A stretch of 64,000 bases of DNA, taken from contig OZ024756.1 of the NCBI GenBank assembly GCA_964016885.1, positions 17,918,001 through 17,982,000 of the forward strand, given 5' to 3'. The notes under the pieces are model-generated. The model was not told the origin of the DNA. It made no database searches and saw only the letters and a program-made list of their open reading frames with translations. Both the position numbers and the translations under genes were made by a program. Position 1 is the first letter of the stretch. Every line of letters begins with the position of its first letter. Source of the stretch: Eledone cirrhosa (lineage: Eukaryota). Below, in pieces: positions 28,201 to 40,075 of the stretch.

Positions 28201-29444
28201 CACTCAGATGTCAATATGATGAATACAAAACCAGACCTTGTCCATTCCACAGGGATTGAGAAGAAAGTACCTATGTATAATAATGTAAGTCTACTTTACT
28301 TATCTTATTTGAACCATACATACACATACTTTGTAGGGTTCGGCTTTTGGACAGACTTTGATTCCTGATGGTATCTTTAGAGTGGGACAAGAGGGGTTTT
28401 CATGGAGCTGGGAGCCATGACAATAAATATATCCTCCACAGATTAAACACAATAATATGTATGGAGGCTCATGGCTTAGGGGTTAGAGCATTGGCCTTGC
28501 AATCGAAAGGTTGTGAGTTCAATTCTCAGACCGGGTGATATGTTGTTTCCTTGAGCGAGAAACTTTATTTCACATTGCTCCAGTTTACTCAGCTGTGGAA
28601 ATGAGATGATAGGGACTGGGGTCCCTATCATTCCACTGCAAAGTGGTCGTGGAGGTGCCACAGCAAAAAAGCACCCAGCACCCACTGTAAATGATGTTGG
28701 TGTTAGGAAGGGCATCCAGCTGTAGAAATCAAGCCAGAATCAGTTCCCATCCCACCCTTGCACGCGGGGAAAAGCGGACGTAAAATGATGATGATGATGA
28801 TGAGTACTCATGGAAATTTGGTCTCTTTTATTATTGAATATGTTGTAATGCCTGGTAGTGTGATGTAATGTCTGGTAATATCTGATAGTGTGTTGTAATA
28901 TCTGGTAGTGTGATGTAATGTCTGGTAATATCTGATAGTTTGTTGTAATGTCTGGTAATATCTGATAATGTGTTGTAATGTCTGGTAGTGTGATGTAATG
29001 CCTGGTAATGTGTTGTAATGTCTGGTAGTGTGATGTAATGTCTGGCAATGTGTTGTAATGTCTGGTAATGTGTTGTAATGTCTGATAATGTCAGGTAATT
29101 TGTTGTTATGTCTGATAATATCTGGTAGTCTATTGTAATGCAGTGTGTTGTAATGTCTGGTAGTGTGTGGTAATGTCTGGTAATGTGGTGTTATGTCTGG
29201 TAGTGTGTTTTAATGCCTGGTAATGTGTGATAGTCTATTGTAATGTCTGTTTTGCTTTTATACTCTCCTCCCACAGCTGTTACGTCAATTAAAGAATTTT
29301 ATTTGGTTTTCCTCTTTTTAGGCGTTTGACCTTGGAGGTGAAGAAGAATTAAACTACATTGATGACAAACCTCGCAGCCGCAAACCAGTAATGCCTCTCC
29401 ATGGTTCTGTATCCTCTTATGACACAACATTACCTTGTGTCTAG
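1701..29444 (+). CDS. Type I transmembrane IgSF receptor, copy 1 (SP-IgV-IgC2[3a or 3b]-IgI/C2-stalk-TM-cytoplasmic tail); 466 aa with 3a, 460 aa with 3b
   Basis: Manually assembled exons: 1701-1749, 13005-13346, 15232-15537 (3a), 16716-17003 (3b), 18453-18722, 21110-21199, 23793-23903, 26732-26753, 28197-28284, 29322-29444. All introns are GT-AG. Phases are 1 throughout the ectodomain/TM, then 2 and 0, giving one open frame from ATG to TAG. No transcript evidence. Confidence 0.85.
2505..3185. repeat. Degenerate tandem repeat of about 80 bp
   Basis: Recurring ACAGATAGTATCAGTAATGGAAAGACCAATGGAATCATAGTTT. Confidence 0.8.
3780..4410 (-). mobile_element. RTE-clade LINE fragment (RT C-terminal region)
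   Basis: Motifs [37 protein letters not shown] and LYGHIKR..GKRSRGR. Absent from copy 2. Confidence 0.8.
4476..4970. repeat. About 45-bp minisatellite (also 3570-3695 and 46155-46435)
   Basis: Unit ACACCTGGCCTATATCTATTACCTTCTTTAGGGACCAAATTTGTT. Confidence 0.9.
4990..5640 (+). mobile_element. RTE 3' fragment with SINE-type tail (equivalent at 46455-47065)
   Basis: [17 protein letters not shown], followed by the tail CCATGCTAGCATGGAA..(GAT)n. Confidence 0.75.
5663..6170 (-). mobile_element. Probable Helitron 3' end fragment (also at about 47121-47620)
   Basis: The minus strand ends ACCCGTGCAACGCCAGGATACACTGCTAGT (hairpin plus CTAG) next to (TA)n. Inner boundary uncertain. Confidence 0.5.
6475..7430 (-). 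mobile_element. Penelope-like retroelement fragment
   Basis: [16 protein letters not shown] and [31 protein letters not shown], typical of the PLE N-terminus and RT. Frameshifted. Confidence 0.78.
7465..7655 (-). mobile_element. Same SINE family (also 22965-23160 and 49330-49520 on the minus strand)
   Basis: Reverse complement of the 14699-14887 element. Confidence 0.8.
9255..10168. repeat. 28-bp minisatellite, about 33 copies (about 10 copies at 52335-52605)
   Basis: Unit CTCACTGAACCCACACAAGTATGGAAAA. Confidence 0.95.
11705..12870 (+). mobile_element. Two joined 5'-truncated Tx1-like LINE fragments
   Basis: Homologous to 60690-61613. Junction near 12410. Ends in AATAAAGAAA plus TCTA repeats. 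Confidence 0.88.
13005..13346 (+). CDS. Copy 1 exon 2, V-like Ig domain
   Basis: CCAG acceptor and G|GTAAAT donor, phase 1-1. Motifs GDSAKFFC ... [15 protein letters not shown] ... KLNVL. Confidence 0.9.
13552..14312 (+). mobile_element. 5'-truncated Tx1-like LINE (equivalent copy at 62292-63055)
   Basis: Homologous to the ORF2 3' end and 3' UTR. Flanked by TCTA/TCTG repeats. Confidence 0.88.
14699..14887 (+). mobile_element. tRNA-derived SINE (Meta-core-like) with 17-bp TSD
   Basis: A box TGGCAGTATCGG, B box GAGTTCAAAT, core GCCTTTCATCC..GTCGATAAAATAAAGTACC. TSD ATTATTCAATGAAACAT at 14682-14698 and 14888-14904. Confidence 0.88.
15232..15537 (+). CDS. Copy 1 exon 3a, C2-like Ig domain (variant a)
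   Basis: TACAG acceptor and T|GTAAGT donor, 306 nt open. Sequence [34 protein letters not shown]. Missed by the ORF track. Confidence 0.85.
16142..17230 (+). repeat. Internal duplication of about 14436-15770, carrying exon 3 and its flanking intron
   Basis: Both units begin (CAT)n-TTATTCAAAATGTTTATTGGACAGACAG. Upstream intron sequence is highly similar; downstream intron sequence is more diverged. Confidence 0.9.
16716..17003 (+). CDS. Copy 1 exon 3b, C2-like Ig domain (variant b)
   Basis: TACAG acceptor and T|GTAAGT donor, 288 nt open. Paralogous to 3a with the same 5 Cys. Confidence 0.85.
17862..18022. repeat. (CAC/CAT)n microsatellite
   Basis: Seen directly. Confidence 0.9.
18453..18722 (+). 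CDS. Copy 1 exon 4, I/C2-set Ig domain
   Basis: TTTCAG acceptor and G|GTAAGT donor. Motifs [17 protein letters not shown] ... [10 protein letters not shown]. Confidence 0.92.
21110..21199 (+). CDS. Copy 1 exon 5, Ser/Thr/Pro-rich stalk
   Basis: TGTAG acceptor and CAG|GTAAAA donor, 90 nt, phase 1-1. Sequence [30 protein letters not shown]. Confidence 0.78.
22256..22440. mobile_element. Tc1/mariner-pogo-like MITE (related sequence at 41728-42020)
   Basis: Imperfect TIRs CAGTTGTCCCCCGATATTTG / CAAATACTGAGGGTACAGTG within TA repeats. Confidence 0.55.
23395..23720 (+). mobile_element. RTE RT fragment just upstream of the TM exon
   Basis: [33 protein letters not shown]. Confidence 0.75.
23793..23903 (+). 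CDS. Copy 1 exon 6, transmembrane helix
   Basis: Polypyrimidine-CAG acceptor and AAG|GTCAGT donor. [23 protein letters not shown] is followed by the stop-transfer KRRAK. Confidence 0.88.
23922..26260 (+). mobile_element. Nested Helitron-like non-autonomous repeats
   Basis: Repeated TC..TATATATAA starts (23922, 24928, 25342, 25979), CTAG-flanked hairpins (25305-25342, 25941-25979) and duplicated internal blocks. Confidence 0.5.
26732..26753 (+). CDS. Copy 1 exon 7, 22-nt cytoplasmic micro-exon (EPPEKPR)
   Basis: CTCTCTTTCAG acceptor and AA|GTAAGT donor. It is needed to convert phase 1 to the phase 2 of the next exon. Confidence 0.7.
26775..28110. repeat. (GGT)n-based complex micro/minisatellite
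   Basis: GGT/GAT runs with higher-order units. Confidence 0.92.
28197..28284 (+). CDS. Copy 1 exon 8, cytoplasmic
   Basis: TTTTCTTTAG acceptor and AAT|GTAAGT donor. Sequence [30 protein letters not shown]. Confidence 0.75.
28463..28803 (+). mobile_element. CORE-type tRNA-SINE
   Basis: Near-identical to 32293-32622. Confidence 0.8.
28840..29250. repeat. 10/20-bp minisatellite
   Basis: TGTGTTGTAATGTCTGGTAA units. Confidence 0.88.
29322..29444 (+). CDS. Copy 1 exon 9, terminal coding exon
   Basis: CCTCTTTTTAG acceptor, phase 0. Sequence [40 protein letters not shown]. Confidence 0.75.
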   Translation, partial: AFDLGGEEELNYIDDKPRSRKPVMPLHGSVSSYDTTLPCV

Positions 29445-29564
29445 TGATGACAGCAATCTACTCTCTCCTCTCTCTCATATTGATATATCACACACCATTT
29501 CTCTCTCTCTCATCTCCCCACTTTCACCCACCATTGTGGGAAATGTTTCAACTGCTGCAATACA

Positions 29565-30278
<714 letters not shown>

Positions 30279-30760
30279 GTAAAATTCCGTTATAACAAAT
30301 TCTTTTTTATACCCCGTGAATTTCATGATAACAGAATTTCACTGTATATCTATATATGTAGAGGTACACACACACATATATATATATGTACACAGGCACA
30401 CACACATGCACGCATATATATATATATATATATAATCTTCCATAGTTTTATATTCTGCTGATATATCCAGTGTGTGTGTGTGTGTGATGAGGCATAAGAG
30501 AGAATGTAGGGGCTCAGTCTAAATGCCCCCCAGTAAATTACTAGTACATCAACCTTTTCCTCACTGTTGGGATGTAAAGTCATCGTTGTTTCATTCTGAA
30601 AAGTTCTTAAAGTCAGAAATTTCCAGAACTGGGAACTATTTCTGGGATATATTTATTTATTAATATTTTGTTTGTTTCTTTGTCTTTTTACTGTTTTTAT
30701 TATAATCACACTGGTGTATAGTATGTTGCTTTATAGACAGTATATATATATATATATATA

Positions 30761-30856
30761 GGAAAAGAGTCGGGACCCCGACGGCTGAGCTCCAGCTGGT
30801 GCAACAGCTAGTTCAGAACGGCCAGAGCTCAGCCGTCGGGGTCCTGACTCTTTTCC
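30761..30856. repeat. GC-rich 32-bp-arm hairpin in (TA)n; MITE-like, related to 49693-49750
   Basis: GGAAAAGAGTCGGGACCCCGACGGCTGAGCTC / GAGCTCAGCCGTCGGGGTCCTGACTCTTTTCC. Confidence 0.75.
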
Positions 30857-30964
30857 TATTACCCACTCTACTACCCATAGTATCAAGTACTCTGGTGTGT
30901 TATGGTCCACCTGGTTCCTTACCACACTTCCTTCGTTATATATATATATATATGTATATATATA

Positions 30965-31960
30965 TGGCCGTGTAGTTAAGGAGTTAGCTTAGCAACCATG
31001 TGCTTTCATGTTGTGTTCAAGCCTTGCCGCAGCTGACTTTGCTTTTCATCATTCCATGGTTGATAAAATAAAGTAGCGGTCATGTACTGGGGTAAACCTA
31101 TTCAATTACTGGGCCTTCTACATATATTAGAAACAATTAGGGTCGATTTAATCGATTTCCCCTCCCCCAAAATTGCTGGCCTTGTGCATATAGTAGAAAT
31201 CATTATTATTATGGCTGTAATTGGTAGAGAGTCAGGAACATGCTTTGTGGCATAGAGTTACGGCCCTTTATGTTCTGAGTTCAAATTCCACTGAGGTTAG
31301 CTTTGCTTTTCATTCTTCTGGTGTCAATAAAATAAAGCACCAGTAATGCACTGGGGTTGATTTAATTGACTTTCTCCTCGCCAAAATTGATTTTGTGCCT
31401 AAATCAGAAACTATTATTTCAGCTGAAGGAAAGGTGAAGGGTTAGCAAAGTCGGTAGAGCAGCAGACAAATGTGTAGCAGTGTTTGTTCTGAGTTCAGAT
31501 TTAATCTTTAGCATGCTAGAAATTTTTATGAATTGCTTCCCTTGACAGTGCATTATATATTAAGGGGAGATTGCTCTTTTGGTGACATAATGCGCTTAGA
31601 GTGTGCTGAAGATTAACTTTGTCTGCCGTCTTTCTGGTGTCAATAAAATAAAGTACCAGTCAAGTACTAGGGCTGATATACACAACTATTGCCCTTCCCA
31701 GATGCTGTGCTGAAATGAGAAGGATCTGTCCAACCCATGCGAAGAACGGACGTAAAAACGATGATCAAGATGGTTGTTTGGAATTATGGTGGGTTGGCAG
31801 TCGTTAGAGCATCGGAGAAATGCACAACATTATTTGCTCCAGCTGTCTCTTTACATTCTGAGTTTAAATCCCATCCAGTTTAACTTTGCCTTTTATCCTT
31901 CCAGAGTTGATAAAATAACGTACCAGTCAAGTACTGGGGGTTGATGTGATTGACTGTTCT
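30965..31960 (+). mobile_element. Cluster of decayed tRNA-SINEs
   Basis: Several A/B-box heads, each followed by GATAAAATAAAGTACCAGT-type cores. Confidence 0.72.
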
Positions 31961-32121
31961 CCTTCATCCTTTGAATTTCTGACGTGTATGTGTGTATGGC
32001 ATGAGCAATGGTGTAATCATTGCTTCGGATAGTAGAATAATCATTTCTTTATTAAACAGAAAAAACAGCTTTAAATCGCTTCTAAAGGTGATGTTTTATA
32101 TTGGAATTACACATAAAAATT

Positions 32122-32622
<501 letters not shown>

Positions 32623-32649
32623 ATATATGTATATATATATATGTGTGTG

Positions 32650-32690
<41 letters not shown>

Positions 32691-35600
32691 ACATACATAT
32701 ATATATATGTATATATATATGTGTGTGTGTGTATATATATATATAGAGTGAGGAGGTAAACTCCCAAAAGTGTGCCTAGTTTCAACATAAACTAGATACA
32801 TTAGGCTGTGTATGTGTAGTGGGGGGGTTTAATCAGTGATGGGACCAATTTATTAACTAGGGCCACCCAAAAAGCTGAAGCTATTTTGTTGTGAAGAGTT
32901 TAGAGGAAGAAGACTGACTTGGATGTATGACTCCTTTGAGTGAAATAGATTGAAGTGTGGTGGAGGAAAGAGGTGGCAAAGGACCAAAAGAGGGCAGTGA
33001 ATGGCTGTGCAGTTGTGAGCTGTTGTTTTTTTTTATTTTTTGTTTTTTCTTAAAACATTTTACCCTTTCCAGTACTTCTGCAATCTAATGGAACACACAT
33101 TAGTGTCAGAGACCCCATAAAAGGTGCTGCCCTTCCTCCTCCTCATACTGAAACTAACCTGTGTTTTAAATCTAAGACCTCGTTCTTGCTAGCTATCTTC
33201 AATTCTTACACTTTATCCAACTTTACTATGTGGCCAAGTGTTGTCTGGCAGTAAAAACTGAATGACTAGACAAGAAATATTTCACAATACCTTATTTTTG
33301 CTCTATACTTTTGAGTTCATATTCCATCAATTATCAGTTGGCCACATTGGATTTTACTTCTTTTTTTTTACTATATTTTCCCATCAGTTTCTTCTTCTAC
33401 CCCGACCCCCAGGGGAACTTGTGTCAAATATGCCCAACTTCCATTATTTTTGGGACCAAAACTTCAAACATTTACCAACCTAATTTATTAACTCTTAATA
33501 TCCTGTTCCACAAGAAACCACATTAGCAAGACATTCTCGCACAGAACCAAACAGCGTTATGACTACATCAGAGGAAAAATTAAGTCTTTATTTTAATGTT
33601 GCAAATTTTCAAAAGAATCTGTCCACTAGTAAAGATAGAGGTGATGAACAATTAAACTAACATATCTGTTTGTAGATATTTTATGCTAAATCATACCAAA
33701 ATGTTAAGAGTTGACCAATTCCCTCTTCCTACTTTCATAGAGAAAGAATGGTTACACAGACCAGAGAGACTTCGATGCCAAAATCTTTTGAATAACTTTT
33801 TTTTTTTTTTTTATATTTTATCAAATTTATTTTTCTAATTATTTTTCAATATCAACATTTTGATAGAATATTTTAATAACTTCCTCCTTGGGGTCTCTCA
33901 TACACACATATACAGAATATCATGCTGGATCTCCCTGAGAATTACATTAATGTTGCAGGTGTCTGTAGAATATTCAACCACTTACACTATAACAAAAATA
34001 AATAGGTTGTTCACATTATTAATAAACAACCATTTGTTAAAACTCAATGAGAATCTACTCATCCACCTTTTTGATACCAACCCTGCCAAAACCGGTTCTG
34101 GTTCTCTGAAACAAAACCATCCATTCTAAAGGGATCCTAGATTTGCTCCTTTCCAAACGCTCTTTGGGGTCATGGAATATGCAATCTTTGTGTATTCATC
34201 CCACACCTCCCAGGACAAGTCACAGGCGCATCGCCAGTTATTACGGAATGAAAGGGTTCCTATTTAAATTAAAATCATCCAACATAATTTCATCTAAGAG
34301 CCATATGTTAAGTTACTATCTTAGTAACAACGTAATTAAATAATTTTAGTAAATGCCTCAAAATTCTTCATTCAGTAATTCAAATACAGGTAACTTCAAT
34401 AGAAATATCGCTGCAACAGATGTTGCTGTTCTTTTCTCATCACTTTCTTTCATCCAAAGTATTTGGTTTTGCCAAATTGTTTTTCTGCCAAGAATCATGA
34501 CCAACAGATAGTGTCAGCAATGGAAAGATCAGTGGAAACACAGTTTATCTGATCTAAACTCACTATCACCCCGCACCCCCTGTTATTTTAATTTTTTGAA
34601 TTTATTCCTTATTTTCCTTTGCAATGGACCAAGTGTATAATATTACAATCAATACCATTTTTTCCATTCCTGATATTTTTTTTAGCACCTCTCCACCCTC
34701 CCATAACACTTCATATTGAAGTAGGGTTTTTTTTTTATTTTTGTTAGGCTTTGTTTTTACTGTTTTAATCAGATATATATATATATATATATATATATAA
34801 ATGTTTATGTATATATACATAAATAACATAGCAGTTTATATATATATAAACAAAATATATGTGCAAGTAAATATATATATATCATCATATTCATCATTTA
34901 ATGTCCATCTTCCACGCTAGCATGTGTTAGACGGTTTTGTTCTATTTGATGCGGGATTGGTCGGGAGACCGTGTCTCGCTCGTACGGAAGTATATATATA
35001 TATATATATATACATACTTACATGCATACATAAATACCATAGCTGTGTGTATATAATGCACCATTGATATTTGCGCCTCAAGGCAGCCATAGTTTTATAT
35101 TTATTACTAAATGTGGTATAGTGTATATATCTAAGTGAAGGTAATGTGGATAGTGAGAGAGTAAAGAAGGAGGGAGGAGGTCACATTTGCTTTCATTGCT
35201 ATCAGAAGAAATTTATGTAAATAACCATAATGCCACAATATATTTTACATAATGTTCTACCATTTTTCAAAAAATTTTTTATTTTTTGTTCTGTTCATTC
35301 AGATATATATATATATCATCATCATTATCACCATCATCACAGTTTAAATGGACATTAAACAGTGATGATTGTATATGTATGCACACATTTATATGTATAT
35401 ATATTTATGTATATGCATATATATTTATATATATATATATGTGTGTGTGTGTGGATGTGTGTACATACGTACATCAGCTCTGCTGATTTTTTTTTGGTTT
35501 TGTATTCTATTTTTGTTAAATTTTGATATTTTATTTTGAGGCTTTTTATCTTGTTTTAGCTTTTTCATTAGAAATTACCTTGAAACAAACTATTGTCACT

Positions 35601-35712
35601 ATACATATATATATATGAGTATGTATATGTATATATAAGGTGTTTATATATATATATATAGATATAGATAGGTAAATATACACGGATGTGTATGATTGTG
35701 TATAGAAGATTA

Positions 35713-36030
35713 TATTAATAAGAGGAATTCCAACTTTGTCTGATTTACTCGTTTTATTTACAATCCTTTAAAATATATAATGGTATTATAATGAAATAGT
35801 ATGATAGAATATTAAATTCTAAGTGTTAATTGAACAAGTACTTTCATGCTTTCGCAATCTCGACTGTCACCACATATTATGAACCTGAAGATTGCGAAAG
35901 CATGAAAGTACTTGTTCAATTAACACTTAGAATTTAATATTCTATCATACTATTTCATTATAATACCATTATATATTTTAAAGGATTGTAAATAAAACGA
36001 GTAAATCAGACAAAGTTGGAATTCCTCTTA

Positions 36031-36038
<8 letters not shown>
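35713..36038. repeat. Long inverted repeat (about 150-bp arms, about 28-nt spacer), PLE-like inverted terminus
   Basis: The arms read as exact reverse complements. Embedded in TA-rich repeats. Confidence 0.9.
35880..35918 (+). ncRNA. Minimal hammerhead motif inside a palindrome
   Basis: TGAAC-CTGAAGA-TTGCGAAAGCAT-GAAA-GTAC-TT-GTTCA. Confidence 0.55.
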
Positions 36039-36080
<42 letters not shown>

Positions 36081-36151
36081 TATGGAAGTTTTGTTGAAGA
36101 ATCACAGCATTCAGTCACCACTGCTGTCTTGCTTAGAATTTTACATTATTT

Positions 36152-36204
<53 letters not shown>

Positions 36205-36216
36205 TCATCATCATCA

Positions 36217-36253
<37 letters not shown>

Positions 36254-36260
36254 CATCATG

Positions 36261-36292
<32 letters not shown>

Positions 36293-36760
36293 AGTAATGT
36301 AAAATTCTAAGCAAGACAGCAGTGGTGACTGTGGATGCTGATATATATATAAAACGAAAAATCAGTGAGAGAATATGCTCCAAAATCATTAGACGTGTCC
36401 GTCGAACCTGCGGGTCCAGAATCAGACAGATCCACACAATGATCGCGTCTCGAGCTGTCCGCCAGCGAAACAATTGTAACACACAATAAATTGAGTTCAG
36501 ATGCATCACTGATTTTTCGTTTTATATTATATCATACTCTGCTCTGTAAGAGCATAGAGTGCTCAACCGGCATACCGCCTATGGAAGCATCTTAGCTACC
36601 ATCCAACACACACACACACATATATATATATATTGTGTTAAATATGCCACCTTTCTTATATATATATAATTCTATCTGTAAAGCCATGAACATATTGTGC
36701 TTAAATGTTCTCACTGGCAGTTTACCTTCTGGTAACTTTGTGGATATATATACGTGTGTG

Positions 36761-36801
<41 letters not shown>

Positions 36802-37086
36802 CTCTATCATGTATATGTGTATATGATACAACCGTATAGTTTGTACATGTATATTCATATATATATATATTCATGTGTGTGTATGAGTATATATACATCC
36901 CATGCTAGCGTGGAAGAACGGACGTAAAACGGTGATGATGATGATGATGCATGTGTGTGTGTATATATCATTTTTTTAATCTGATGCTTAACTACACCCA
37001 AGACTGCCACAAGTTCTATGCTGTGGAACAACCTATATTATATATATATATGTGTGTGTGTGTATGTATATTGTTTAATGTGTGTA

Positions 37087-37118
<32 letters not shown>

Positions 37119-37133
37119 TATTATGAGTGTGTG

Positions 37134-37176
<43 letters not shown>

Positions 37177-37219
37177 TGTATATATATATCATCATCATCA
37201 TTTTACGTCCGCTTTTCCC

Positions 37220-37250
<31 letters not shown>

Positions 37251-37473
37251 TGTGTATATGTATATATGTGTGTGTGTATATATATATGTGTGTGTGTGTG
37301 TGTATATTTATGTATGTGTCTGTGTGTGTCTCATATTCTTCGTTTTCTTGCCAAATGCTGTGGTACCTGGATAATAAATTCTTGGTAGACATTAGAATAT
37401 CTCATTTCTCTCACACCCCTTTACAACTTACAACATTTAATTAAATATCCCAGGGACCAAATTCTATTTTATT

Positions 37474-37933
37474 TACAAGGGCATGTTGAAAAGGTCTTAA
37501 TCTGACTATGAAGGAGTGATGTGAGAGCTTTGAAATCTTGCATGCCTTAATTTCAACTCTTCTTCTCAATAATTGCATTTGTTTCTTTCTGGGAATTGTG
37601 TTGAAAAATAAACCTCATTTCGTCATTCCATGAGAGTATCTTGGCCATAGGCTGATTATGAAGGGGTGATGTTAAAACTGTGAAATCTTGTATGCATTAA
37701 CTTCATCTCTTATTAATCTTTAGCACGCTGATTTCTTTAATGAATTACTTCCCTTGACACTGCATTATGTATTATGGGGAGATTACTCTATCGGTGACAT
37801 TGCGCCTTGAGTGCCCAGAAGGTTGATAACTACATTGTTTCGTTCCAGCGAAATTGTTGAAAAATAAACCTCATTTGGTCATTCCATGAGAACATCTTGG
37901 TCAGCTTATGAACTTTTCAGGCGACCCTCGTAT
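37474..37933. mobile_element. Mariner-like non-autonomous element
   Basis: Degenerate TIRs TACAAGGG..TGAAAAG / CTTTTCAGGCGACCCTCGTA. Confidence 0.5.
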
Positions 37934-38129
37934 ACCATGTATGCTCATACCTAAGTCACAGTTTTTCTCTGTGGAAATGTAACAGCATGTGCCTTTTTAC
38001 AAATCAAGTACTGAACCAAGTCTGTTGTATATTAAATAGCGGTGTGGTTTATACATGTGTATATGGGAAATTGTTTCAATATTATTCTTTCATTTTTCTC
38101 TTTGAACCTGTAAGATGAAGAAATATCAT

Positions 38130-40075
38130 TGAGTGTGGTAGATTGGCAGAATTGGTAGAGCATTAGACAACATGCCTTGCAGCATTGAGTTACGGCCCTT
38201 TACTTTCTGAGTTCAAATCCTGCCACAGTTAGCTTTGATTTTCATCTTTAAGAGGTCGATCAAATAAAGTACTGGTAATGCACTGGGGTCAATTTAATCA
38301 ACTTTCTCCTCCCCCAAAATTGTTGGCTTTGTGCCTAAATCACAAACAATTATTATAGTGTATGGTGGATTGTCAGTATCGGTAGAGCACCGGACATGCT
38401 TTGCAACATATAGGTACGACCCTTTACGTTCTGAGTTCAAATCCAGCCATAGTTAACTTTGATTTTCAACCTTATGGGGCCGATAAAATAAAGTTTAATC
38501 GACTTTCTCCTCCTAAAATCTGCCAATCCACTGCTCTATGTCTGTGTATAATAATGATAATACCTCTGAAGATGGCAAGAGGGTAGTACAACAGCTAAAA
38601 CATTGTGACTATAACAACTAAGATGAGGAGGGCATTCATCTAAATGTATCATCAGTTTATAAGAATTCTGTTGCCTCAGTTTGGAAATTTCACCAGAACT
38701 TTCCAAACAATAATTTGTGTATGATCCACCTGCCAAACTGACGATGCAGAACAATCAAGGAAAAGGTAGATATGGGAACACTTACTACAGAATGGAATTT
38801 TATTTTATTTTTATCTCTTTTGACAACTATTTTGGTGTCATATCAACAACAAATGTTCGCCAACTTTTGACAATCTATGATGCATATCACGTGAATATAT
38901 AGACCAAGTGTTATATCACCTTAACCCTTTAGCATTTACATTACTCTGTATATACTGTTGTATTTTTGTGGTAAAGGCTTTATCTTACATAATATCGAAT
39001 CTATGGAATTTTGATGTTATTTATTTTCAGAACAATACCTTAACATCAGTATGAGCAGCCGGTTTGAACAGAAAGAGGTGAGAGAATTCTGGCCAGATAT
39101 GGCCAGTTTAAATGCTAAATGGTTAACCCTTTAGCATTTACAGTACTCTATATATACTATTGTATTTTTTGTGGTAAAGGCTTTATCTCATATAATATCG
39201 AATCTATGATATTTTGATGTTATTTATTTTGAGAACAATACCTTAACATCAGTATGAGTGGCTAGTTACAGCTGGCTTGAACAGAAAGAGGAGAAAATTC
39301 TGGTTGGACATGGCCGGTTTAAATGCTAAAGGGTTAAAGAATTATAGATGACGTGTCTGGGGGAAGTAAGCAAAACAACCGACTGTATTTTTGTTTCAAA
39401 ACCTTTGTCTTATCCCTCTGGCAGCAATTTTTGTATCATCTTGTGATTTTGAGGGAGAAGGAGTCGATTAAATTGACCCCAGAGTACCAGTAACTAGCTG
39501 GGGTCAATTTAATTGACTTTCCCTCTCCCAAACTTGTTGGCCTTATGCCTAAATCAGAAACCATTATTATTATCTGCCTGAAGTTAACTTTGCCTTACAT
39601 CCTTACGGGGTCGATAAAATAAAGCACCAGTAATGCACTGGGGTAATTGCTGGCCTTTTGCCAAAAGTAGAAACATTATTATTAACCAAGAGCAGTGGCT
39701 TGGCAGTATCGGTAGTGTGTCGGACAACATGCTTCGCAGAATAGAGTTACAGCCCTTTGCGTTCTGATTTTAAATACCGTCCAGGTTAACTTTGCCTTTC
39801 ATCCGTACGGAGTTTGATAAAATAGAGTACCAGTAATGCACTGGGGCCGATTTAATCAATTTTCCCCTTCCCCAAAATTGTTTGCCTTGTGCCTAAATCA
39901 GAAACCATTATTTGAATGATATCTGTAATACTGACTTAGCTTTTGGTTCTCCTGCTTCGCAGTATAGAGTTACAGCTCTTTTGCATTCTGATTTCAAATC
40001 CCGTCCAGGTTAACTTTGCTTTTCATCCTTACAGGGTCGATAAAATAAAGTACCAGTAAGGCACTGGGGCCAATC
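38130..40075 (+). mobile_element. Cluster of head-to-tail tRNA-SINEs (38130-38540 and 39480-40075)
   Basis: Repeated TGGCAGTATCGGTAG..GTTCAAATCC..TTTCATCC..GATAAAATAAAGTACC units. Confidence 0.75.
38921..39337. mobile_element. Tandem pair of piggyBac-like MITEs
   Basis: TTAA|CCCTTTAGCATTTA ... TAAATGCTAAA(T/G)GG|TTAA occurs twice, sharing the central TTAA at 39123-39126. Confidence 0.8.

Noticed and set aside
29346-29444. Canonical ITIM, CaaX or PDZ motif calls in the tail
   Set aside because: LNYIDD and SSYDTT lack the +3 hydrophobic residue, and LPCV fits neither CaaX nor a standard PDZ class.
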